Assembly: GCF_001457615.1 (NCBI RefSeq)
Contig: NZ_LN831024.1
Coordinates: 4,470,001-4,502,000 of the forward strand
Reading direction: 5' to 3'
DNA: 32,000 nt
From: Pseudomonas aeruginosa
GTDB lineage: Bacteria; Pseudomonadota; Gammaproteobacteria; Pseudomonadales; Pseudomonadaceae
This document shows, one piece after another, positions 19,290 to 26,471 of this stretch. Both the position numbers and the translations under genes were made by a program. The notes below the pieces were generated by a model. The model worked only from the letters and a program-made list of their open reading frames with translations. It made no database searches and had not been told where the DNA came from. The stretch's first letter is position 1, and each line of letters starts with the position of its first letter.

Positions 19290-19616
19290 ATGGACAGCTA
19301 CCACCCGATCGCCTGCGATCTCCATGACTACCTGGAGATCGCCTGCCTCTACCGCTACCGGTTGCTCCTCGAACTCGAGGACGGTGTTCGCTTCGAAGCC
19401 GAGGCGCGCACGACGCATACCCGGGCCGTTCGGCCAGGCGGCGGCAAGGAGGAATACCTTGAGGTGGCCGTCGAAGGAGCGACTCTGCTGCTGCGCCTGG
19501 ATCGCCTGTTGGCGATTACCGCCCTCACGGAAGCGGCCTTGTTCGGCCGCATACGCCTGAGGGAAGAGGCCTGTTCCAGAGCATCCGGCATGCCACCTTC
19601 ACACCTTGGAAACTGA
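19290..19616 (+). CDS. Rof-family (Rho-binding antiterminator-like) protein with C-terminal extension
   Basis: ATG at 19290 (the track ORF begins at TTG 19281). MDSYHPIACDLHDYLEIACLYRYRLLLELEDGVRFEAEA...EEYLEVAVEGATLLLRLDRLLAI aligns by eye with E. coli Rof (YQPINCDDYDNLELACQHHLMLTLELKDGEKLQAKA...VEYLVVEAAGETRELRLDKITSF). Confidence 0.75.
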   Translation: MDSYHPIACDLHDYLEIACLYRYRLLLELEDGVRFEAEARTTHTRAVRPGGGKEEYLEVAVEGATLLLRLDRLLAITALTEAALFGRIRLREEACSRASGMPPSHLGN

Positions 19617-19633
19617 AAAGGTTTTTCTCAATT

Positions 19634-19672
19634 CCAGGGCTATTTGATTAGCCTGCTATTGAAATAGGCTGG
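19634..19672. repeat. AT-rich imperfect inverted repeat / nested hairpins
   Basis: CCAGGGCTATTT...AAATAGGCTGG forms the outer arms. The inner hairpins are GGCTA-tttgat-TAGCC and CTATT-ga-AATAG. It lies in the 94-nt gap between the Rof-like stop and the next small ORF. Confidence 0.35.
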
Positions 19673-19709
19673 ATTTGCCTTGATGCAGATCAACCCTGGA
19701 GCAGAAAAG

Positions 19710-19901
19710 ATGAGTGTGACAGTGACCGAGCGTGACGATGACCACAAATCCCGCGAGCTGCGTGCGCTTGGCCGCCGCTGCTGGGACGTGCATCAGCAGG
19801 GACTGCTGGTTGGCGTCTTCCATAACGAGGATGACGCCCACGCCTATCGGATCAAGCTGGAGAAAGAAGAAGAACTGCGGCAGATAGGTAAATCGGCCTG
19901 A
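19710..19901 (+). CDS. Possible small protein (63 aa)
   Basis: ATG 19710 is preceded by GGAG with an 8-nt spacer. MSVTVTERDDDHKSRELRALGRRCWDVHQQGLLVGVFHNEDDAHAYRIKLEKEEELRQIGKSA. GC3 bias is moderate to high. A hairpin shared with convergent wzz2 follows. I recognise no family. Confidence 0.45.
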   Translation: MSVTVTERDDDHKSRELRALGRRCWDVHQQGLLVGVFHNEDDAHAYRIKLEKEEELRQIGKSA

Positions 19902-19905
19902 ACCA

Positions 19906-19931
19906 TGCGCCCCGCGTACTTCGGGGGCGCA
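19906..19931. terminator. GC-rich hairpin between the convergent small ORF (+) and wzz2 (-)
   Basis: TGCGCCCC-gcgtacttc-GGGGGCGCA stem of about 8 bp, lying between stops at 19901 and 19941. The flanks are only weakly T/A-rich. Confidence 0.5.
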
Positions 19932-19940
19932 CCTTTGATC

Positions 19941-21269
19941 TCAGGTCCCGGAAAGGCTCCGGTCGAGACTGACGACTCCCGGCGGCAGGCTATCTTCCTG
20001 TACCCGTTGCCGAGGGGCACGCAACATTGCCCGAACCAGAGCCACCAGCACGCCGAACACCAACCCGCCCAGGAGACCCAAGGCCACCACCAAGGCCTTG
20101 CGCGGCTTGATCGGTTTCAGAGGGGTCGAAGCCTTCTGGTCGATCCGCACCAGTTCGATCTTCAGCTCGCTCGCCTTCAGAGTCTTGAGGCGCGCCTGCT
20201 CTCCACGCAGCTTGTCGATGTTTTCGAAGAAACGCTCCTCGCCCTTTCGAGCCTGCAGGTATTGCACTTCACGGTTGTTCTCCAGCTGCTTCAGCTCCTG
20301 CTGGATCTTCGCCACGCGGGGCTCGGTGAAGTCATCGCCCTTGCGTTTGAGCAAGGTATCGCGCTCGGCGGTCAAGGCATCGACACCCATGAAATACAGG
20401 GGTATCTGCTGGTTATTCACCTCGGTGCGGAAAACGCTGCGCGAGCCATCCTGCCCGACCTCTCCCAGTGCGCCCGGGGTCGTCGGCTTGACGATCCCCA
20501 GCCGGGTGGCGATCTGGATAGCCTCGTTGAGCTGCTGGATACGCGAATCGCGCACCATCTTCAGCCGCCCGCGCAACGCCTTGAGCTCATCCTCCAGGCC
20601 GGCCCGCCGGATGCTGTCCGCTTCCAGCAACCGGGCGATCTTGCCCTCCTTGGTAGCCTGGTAACTGGCACGCTTGCCTTCGATATCCTGCTCGAGGAAT
20701 TGCAGGCGACCGTCGATACGTGCCTGGAGGTCGTCCAGGATTCGCTGGCGCTCGTTCTCGATGGTCGACGCGAGCATGCCGTTGAGAATGGCGGCACCAT
20801 CCATGCCCTGGGGATACTGCATGGACAAGCGGAAGAAAGGCGCCGCCTGGGGGTCCTTCTTCAAGTCCGCCTGCTGCATGCTGAAGGCATCCTGGTTGAA
20901 CTTCCAGAAAGCCTGCTCGGGGGACAGGCCCTCGGCGTTCAATTGCTGGAATAGCTCTGGATGGGCTTCGAAATACTCCAGCCTGCCGGAGTAGGCTGCC
21001 AGCTCGTTGCCGACGCGATCCAGCGCTTCCCGCGGAGTCAGGGCATACAGCCCGTTGACATTGACAGCCTCCAGGGCCTTGGTCTGGATCGGCCGCAACA
21101 GGACATCCACCTGGTAGGTTGGAACGGCCAACAGCGCGTAGGCGAGCGCAGCGGCGGTCGCCAAGGCCGCGATCAGCGCTATCAGCCATTTCGACGCCCA
21201 CAATTGCTGGAACAGCTGAACGAGATCGATCTCCGAGGGCGAAGCCCCCGGAAGCTGTGAGGAAGGCAT
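19941..21269 (-). CDS. wzz2: Polysaccharide co-polymerase (PCP-1, Wzz family) O-antigen chain-length regulator
   Basis: 442-aa ORF with AAGGA upstream. N-terminal TM (WLIALIAALATAAALAYALLAV), a long coiled periplasmic region, then a C-terminal Pro-rich motif plus TM (TPLKPIKPRKALVVALGLLGGLVFGVLVALV), typical of Wzz. The wzz2 symbol comes from recalled PAO1 synteny (next to lpxO2/mazG). Confidence 0.85.
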   Translation of the reverse strand: MPSSQLPGASPSEIDLVQLFQQLWASKWLIALIAALATAAALAYALLAVPTYQVDVLLRPIQTKALEAVNVNGLYALTPREALDRVGNELAAYSGRLEYFEAHPELFQQLNAEGLSPEQAFWKFNQDAFSMQQADLKKDPQAAPFFRLSMQYPQGMDGAAILNGMLASTIENERQRILDDLQARIDGRLQFLEQDIEGKRASYQATKEGKIARLLEADSIRRAGLEDELKALRGRLKMVRDSRIQQLNEAIQIATRLGIVKPTTPGALGEVGQDGSRSVFRTEVNNQQIPLYFMGVDALTAERDTLLKRKGDDFTEPRVAKIQQELKQLENNREVQYLQARKGEERFFENIDKLRGEQARLKTLKASELKIELVRIDQKASTPLKPIKPRKALVVALGLLGGLVFGVLVALVRAMLRAPRQRVQEDSLPPGVVSLDRSLSGT

Positions 21270-21411
21270 ACCAACGTCCTTTTCGATAGGCGGCTAGCCC
21301 ACAGATGCACGCAAAGGCAACCGTAGGATATTTCTGAGGAAAGGCATTATGCTATCGAAACGAAATCATCGGTAGTTATTTTAGAACTGCTTCGCATTCC
21401 AGAATTGGTAG

Positions 21412-21435
21412 TTGACCGGCATCCGTACCGGTCAA
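21412..21435 (-). terminator. 8-bp hairpin downstream of the DUF2058 gene
   Basis: TTGACCGG-catccgta-CCGGTCAA, 22 nt beyond the stop at 21457. There is no clear U-tract. Confidence 0.4.
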
Positions 21436-21456
21436 GCGACACTCCGGATGCGGGCC

Positions 21457-21996
21457 TCACCACATGAGATCGTCGGGCACCACATAGTCCTTGTAGGGAT
21501 CGTCTTCGTCCGGCTCCTGGCTCTGTACGTTGAGCAGCACCACCCGCCGCGGATCGCGCTCCTGGATCTTCACCGCCGCATCCCGGGGCACGATCTCGTA
21601 GCGTCCGTCATAGCTGACGATAGCCAGGCTGCCTCGGCTCAGCTTGTCGCGGATCAGGTCGTTGACCGCGATCCGCTTGACCTTCTTGGCGTCGACGAAA
21701 TTGTAGTAGTCGTCGCTTTCCAGCTTGGGCAGGCGCGTCCCTTCGATAAGTTGCTTGATCTGCGCGGCCTTGGCCTTCTTCTCGGCTTTTTCCTGCTGCT
21801 GGCGGTTCAATTCCTGGTCGCGCGCCAGCTTTTCCGCCTTGGCCTGCTCCGCCGCCTGGCGCTGGGAGTCGTCCTTGTCGACCTGGTTCTTGTGCTCCAG
21901 ACGCTGCTGTTTCTGTTTCTGCTTGGTGGCCTGCTTGGCCTGTTTCTCATTGACCAGCCCGGCTTTCAGCAACTGGTCACGCAATGACATGCTCAT
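21457..21996 (-). CDS. DUF2058/YaiL-like highly charged protein
   Basis: 179-aa ORF. N-terminus MSMSLRDQLLKAGLVNEKQAKQ, then a Lys/Gln/Glu-rich low-complexity helix, then a conserved C-terminal half (YYNFVDAKKVKRIAVNDLIRDKLSRGSLAIVSYDGRYEIVPRDAA). Confidence 0.8.
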   Translation of the reverse strand: MSMSLRDQLLKAGLVNEKQAKQATKQKQKQQRLEHKNQVDKDDSQRQAAEQAKAEKLARDQELNRQQQEKAEKKAKAAQIKQLIEGTRLPKLESDDYYNFVDAKKVKRIAVNDLIRDKLSRGSLAIVSYDGRYEIVPRDAAVKIQERDPRRVVLLNVQSQEPDEDDPYKDYVVPDDLMW

Positions 21997-22037
21997 TCGT
22001 CAACGACTCGCTCGCGTGGCACGCCCGGTGGGGTGCG

Positions 22038-22098
22038 GCATAATCTTCCAGCCGACTGGGGTTCAGCCGGCCCTCGCAGGGGGTATAATCCTCCAGCC
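22038..22098 (+). promoter_or_regulatory. Tandem 16-bp repeat carrying -10-like hexamers upstream of lpxO2
   Basis: GCATAATCTTCCAGCC (22038-22053) and GTATAATCCTCCAGCC (22083-22098) share 14 of 16 positions. The second contains a perfect TATAAT (22084-22089). They lie in the divergent intergenic region between the DUF2058 gene and lpxO2. Confidence 0.35.
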
Positions 22099-22228
22099 TC
22101 AGCCGCCTCAACGCAAGTCTCGGCGGCTCGCAAACTGCCACGCATGCCCTGGAGACCCCTCCCTACCGTCCCGAGCACCCGCAGGCACTCCTCCCGGCCC
22201 CTGATATCGAAGGCATGGAAAGCAAGGC

Positions 22229-23167
22229 ATGAGCGTTTCTCTCCTGGTAAAAGTCACTCTGGTGGGCCTGTTCGTCGCCAGCGTCCTGTTCGTCCATTTC
22301 CGTGGGCGCGCGCGCTTGCCCTTCCTGCGCCAACTGGTCAACCACTCCGCCTGGTTCGCCCCCTACAACTCGCTGATGTACCTGTTCTCCAGCGTTCCCT
22401 CGAAGCCCTATCTGGATCGCAGCCGTTTTCCGGAGCTGGACGAACTGAAGAACAATTGGCAAACCATCCGCGAAGAAGCCCTCAACCTGTTCGACGAGGG
22501 TTATATCCGGGCTGCCCTGAACAATAACGAAGCCGGCTTCGGCTCGTTCTTCAAGAAAGGCTGGAAGCGCTTCTACCTGACCTGGTACGACGGCCCGCTG
22601 CCCTCCGCCCAGCAGCTCTGCCCGAAGACCGTAGAGTTGGTGAGCCGCATCCCCAACGTCAAGGGCGCGATGTTCACCCTGCTTCCCGGCGGCAGCCACC
22701 TGAATCCGCACCGCGACCCCTTCGGCGGCTCGCTGCGCTATCACCTCGGCCTGTCCACGCCGAATTCGGACAACTGCCGCATCTACGTCGACGGCCAGCC
22801 CTACGCGTGGCGGGATGGCGAAGACGTGATGTTCGACGAAACCTTCGTCCACTGGGTGAAGAACGAGACCGAGCAGACCCGGGTGATTCTCTTCTGCGAT
22901 ATCGAGCGGCCGCTCCGCTCCCGCCTGCTGACCCGGCTCAATCGCTGGATAAGCGGCATTCTCGGGCGAGCGACCGCACCGCAGAACGTCGAAGGCGAAC
23001 GCGTCGGCAGCATCAACCAGGCCTACTCGGTCGCCATTCGCGGCGGCAATGCCATCGGCGCCCAGGTGAAGCGCTTCAAACGCGCCTACCCGAAGGCCTA
23101 CCGAATCCTCCGCCCGGTGCTGGCGGTGATCCTGCTGGTCATCCTCTATCGTTGGATCTTCGGCTGA
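22229..23167 (+). CDS. lpxO2: Aspartyl/asparaginyl beta-hydroxylase family lipid A hydroxylase (LpxO-like)
   Basis: 312-aa ORF with an N-terminal TM. FFKKGWKRFYLTWYDGPLPSAQQLCPKTVELV...LLPGGSHLNPHRDPFGGSLRYHLGL...DETFVHWVKNET is the Fe(II)/2-oxoglutarate hydroxylase core. The paralog number comes from recalled synteny. Confidence 0.88.
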   Translation: MSVSLLVKVTLVGLFVASVLFVHFRGRARLPFLRQLVNHSAWFAPYNSLMYLFSSVPSKPYLDRSRFPELDELKNNWQTIREEALNLFDEGYIRAALNNNEAGFGSFFKKGWKRFYLTWYDGPLPSAQQLCPKTVELVSRIPNVKGAMFTLLPGGSHLNPHRDPFGGSLRYHLGLSTPNSDNCRIYVDGQPYAWRDGEDVMFDETFVHWVKNETEQTRVILFCDIERPLRSRLLTRLNRWISGILGRATAPQNVEGERVGSINQAYSVAIRGGNAIGAQVKRFKRAYPKAYRILRPVLAVILLVILYRWIFG

Positions 23168-23175
23168 TTCAGATG

Positions 23176-23206
23176 CCGTGGCAGCCCGGCTGCCACGGTA
23201 ATTTTC
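23176..23206. terminator. Bidirectional rho-independent terminator between lpxO2 (+) and mazG (-)
   Basis: CCGTGGCAGC-ccg-GCTGCCACGG is a 10-bp stem followed by TAATTTT. It lies between stops at 23167 and 23210. Confidence 0.85.
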
Positions 23207-23209
23207 CCA

Positions 23210-24040
23210 TTAACAGCCGGGCGCGCTCCTCTCCGCTTTCTTGGCCTCGCCCCAGAGGCTGTCCAGTTCCTCCAGCGAACACTCTTCGGCTTTCCGGCCG
23301 GCTTCGCGCAGGTTCCGCTCGATGAACCGGAATCGCCGCTCGAACTTGCCGTTGGCCTGGCGCAGAGCAGCCTCCGGATCGACCTTGAGATGCCGGGCCA
23401 GGTTGACCACGACGAACAGCAGGTCGCCAACCTCCTCGCCCACGGCACCCTCGTCACCCTCTGCCATCGCCTCGAGGACTTCGTCCAGCTCCTCGCGAAC
23501 CTTGTCCACCACCGGCAGCGCTTCCGGCCAGTCGAAGCCGACCTGCGCCGCGCGCTTCTGCAGCTTCGCCGCCCGTGACAACGCCGGCAGGGCGACAGGA
23601 ACGTCATCCAGCAGCGACAACTGCTGCGGCTCCTTGGCCTTGGCGGCACGCTCCTCGGCCTTCAGTTCTTCCCAGCGCTGCTTGACCGCCGCTTCGGCCA
23701 GCTTCGCCGCATCGGGCTTGCCATAGAGATCGCCATCGAGGAATACGTGGGGATGTCGACGGATCAGCTTGCGGGTGATGCCGTCCACCACCTCGTCGAA
23801 AGCGAAGCGATCCTCTTCGCGAGCCAACTGGCTGTAATAGACCACCTGGAACAGCAGGTCGCCCAGTTCCTCGCGCAATTGCGGGAAATCCCCCTGCTCT
23901 ATGGCGTCCGCTACTTCGTAGGCTTCTTCCAGGGTGTGCGGGACGATGGTCGCGTAGCTCTGCTGGAGATCCCAGGGGCAGCCGAATTCGGGATCGCGCA
24001 GGCGCGCCATGAGGTGGAGCAGGTCGTTGAGTCGGTACAT
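23210..24040 (-). CDS. mazG: Nucleoside triphosphate pyrophosphohydrolase MazG (tandem MazG domains)
   Basis: 276-aa ORF: LMARLRDPEFGCPWDLQQSYATIVPHTLEEAYEVADAIEQGDFPQLREELGDLLFQVVYYSQLA, with a second repeat EELDEVLEAMAEGDEGAVGEEVGDLLFVVVNLARHL. Confidence 0.95.
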   Translation of the reverse strand: MYRLNDLLHLMARLRDPEFGCPWDLQQSYATIVPHTLEEAYEVADAIEQGDFPQLREELGDLLFQVVYYSQLAREEDRFAFDEVVDGITRKLIRRHPHVFLDGDLYGKPDAAKLAEAAVKQRWEELKAEERAAKAKEPQQLSLLDDVPVALPALSRAAKLQKRAAQVGFDWPEALPVVDKVREELDEVLEAMAEGDEGAVGEEVGDLLFVVVNLARHLKVDPEAALRQANGKFERRFRFIERNLREAGRKAEECSLEELDSLWGEAKKAERSAPGC

Positions 24041-24090
24041 GGGTATCTCGGGTCTTCAGTGAACGGTCCGGGCATTCTGCCCTTTCCGGA

Positions 24091-24129
24091 AACGAAAAGG
24101 CCACGGGCAGCCTGCGAGCGCCCGTGGCC
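24091..24129 (-). terminator. Strong rho-independent terminator just after relA
   Basis: On the minus strand: GGCCACGGGC-gctcgcaggct-GCCCGTGGCC, a 10-bp GC stem followed by TTTTCGTTT. It starts about 15 nt after the relA stop (24145). Confidence 0.8.
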
Positions 24130-24144
24130 TGTTTCCACCTCGCC

Positions 24145-26387
24145 TCAAGGCGTACGGTTGCGCCGCGCCTCGATGATGTTGGGCAGTTGCGAGACGCGCG
24201 CCAGCAGGCGTCCAAGAGCGTCCAGACCGGGAATCTCGATGGTCAGTTGCATGGTCGCGGTGTTGTCTTCCTTGTTCGAACGGGTATTCACCGCCAGAAC
24301 GTTGATCCGCTCATTGAGCAGCACCTGGGACACGTCGCGCAACAGGCCGGAACGATCATAGGCACGGATCGCGATATCCACCGGATAGGTGCGAACCGGC
24401 TCCGGCCCCCAACTGACCTGGATCATCCGCTCCGGTTCGCGTCCCGCCAGTTGCAGCGCGGTGGCGCAATCCTGGCGGTGGATGGTGACCCCACGGCCCA
24501 GCGTGATGTAGCCGACGATGGGATCTCCCGGCAGCGGCTGGCAGCAGCCGGCCATCTGCGTCAGGAGATTGCCGACACCCTGGATCTGCACGTCGCCGCG
24601 CTTGCCGTGGCCGATCTTGCTCGGCTTGCGCGGGATCAGTTCGAGTTGCTCGCTGTCGCGGTCCGGCTCGACCAGTTGCTGGGCATAGTTGACCAGGTGC
24701 GCCAAGCGCAGGTCGCCGGCGCCGAGAGCGGCGAACATATCCTCGGCGGTACGCACGTTGGCCTTCTCCGCCAGCCGGTCGAAATCCACCGGCGGCAGCG
24801 CCAGGCGCGACAGCTCGCGTTCGATCAGGGCCTTGCCGGCAGCGACGTTCTGGTCCCGCGCCTGCAGCTTGAACCAGTGGACGATCTTCGCCCGCGCCCG
24901 GGAGGTGGTGACGTAGCCCAGGTTGCTGTTCAGCCAGTCGCGGCTCGGACCGCTGTGCTTGCCGGTGATGATCTCGACCTGCTCGCCGGTCTGCAGGCTG
25001 TAGTTCAGCGGCACGATGCGTCCGTTGATCTTCGCCCGCGGCAGTTGTGTCCGACTTCAGTGTGGACCCGATAGGCGAAATCCAGCGGGGTCGCGCCCTT
25101 GGGCAGGTCGATGGCATGGCCGTCGGGAGTGAAGACGTAGACCCTGTCCGGCTCGATATCGACCCGCAGTTGCTCCGCCAGGCCACCGATGTCGCCCAGT
25201 TCCTCGTGCCATTCGAGCACCTGGCGCAGCCAGGAGATCTTTTCCTCGTAATGGTTGGAGCTGGCCTTGACGTCGGTCCCCTTGTAGCGCCAGTGCGCGC
25301 AGACTCCGAGCTCCGCCTCTTCGTGCATGGAGTGGGTACGGATCTGTACTTCCAGCACCTTCCCCTCGGGGCCGATCACTGCGGTATGCAGCGAGCGATA
25401 GCCGTTTTCCTTGGGGTTGGCGATGTAGTCGTCGAACTCCTTGGGAATGTGCCGCCAGAGGGTATGCACGATGCCCAGCGCGGTGTAGCAGTCGCGCATC
25501 TCCGGAACGAGCACGCGCACGGCGCGAACGTCGTAGATCTGGCTGAAGTCCAGGCCCTTGCGCTGCATCTTGCGCCAGATCGAATAGATGTGTTTCGCCC
25601 GTCCGCTGAGATCGGCCTGTACGCCGGTGGCCGCGAGAGCTTCCTTCAACTGGCTCATCACGTTGGCGATGTACTGCTCGCGATCCAGCCGGCGCTCGTG
25701 CAGCAGCTTGGCGATCTGCTTGTACTGGTCGGGCTCGAGGTAGCGGAAGGACAGGTCCTCCAGCTCCCACTTGATATGCCCGATGCCCAGGCGGTGGGCC
25801 AGCGGCGCGTAGATATCGAAGACTTCCCGGGCGACGCGGTGGCGCTTTTCCTCGTCGGCGTTCTTCACCGCGCGAATGGCGCAGGTGCGCTCGGCCAGCT
25901 TGATCAGGGCGACGCGAACGTCGTCGACCATCGCCACCAGCATCTTGCGCAGGTTCTCCACCTGCGCCTGGGTACCCAGCACCATGGAATGGCGCGGATT
26001 GAGGCTGGCGCTGATCGCGGCCATGCGCAGCACGCCCTCGATCAGCTTGGCCACCACCGGCCCGAAATGCTTGTTGACCGCTTCCAGGGTGATCTTGCCT
26101 TCCCGCACGCCTCGATAGATGACCGCGGCGACCAGGGACTCCTGATCCAGCTTGAGGTCCGCGAGGATCTCGGCGATTTCCAGTCCGGTCTGGAAGCTGG
26201 ACGTGCCTTCCGCCCAGGAGTTCTGTGCGGCGATCGCTCGCTGCTCGGATTCGCGAGCGAACTCGCAAGCCTCCAGCAAGCCCTGACGATCGAGCCCGGG
26301 GACGAGGTTCTGGACGTGGTCCAGCCAGGCCTCGAGGTTGATACTGCCGTCGGTGTTGACCGGCTGGTGCGCTCTCACCTGTACCAT
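24145..26387 (-). pseudogene. relA: GTP pyrophosphokinase RelA ((p)ppGpp synthetase I), frame broken by an apparent 1-nt deletion at about 25034-25038
   Basis: ORF 25005..26387 carries the N-terminal pseudo-hydrolase and synthetase domains (…YRSLHTAVIGPEGKVLEVQIRTHSMHEEAELGVCAHWRYKG…) and the start of TGS (VYVFTPDGHAIDLPKGATPLDFAYRVHTEVGHNCRG), then 9 aberrant residues and a stop. ORF 24145..25014, in another frame, continues (AKING)RIVPLNYSLQTGEQVEIITGKH... through to the ACT/RRM-like C-terminus. The two parts sum to about 747 codons. Confidence 0.9.
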
Positions 26388-26471
26388 CTTGCCTACCCTT
26401 TACCACGGTGCGCGTAGCCCACCGATGACTGCGCCAGCCTTCGAACGGGCTGGTCGGATTACGCAGGCATC

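Noticed and set aside
22017-22034. TGGCAC at 22017 as a sigma-54 -24 element upstream of lpxO2
   Set aside because: The required -12 GC element (TTGCA/TGC) is absent at the fixed 5-nt spacing; the sequence there is gcccgGTGGG.
24145-26387. Programmed ribosomal frameshifting as an explanation for the relA (and wrbA) frame breaks
   Set aside because: There is no slippery heptamer or downstream stimulatory structure at either site. Neither gene family is known to use recoding, and both breaks are explained by loss of a single base.
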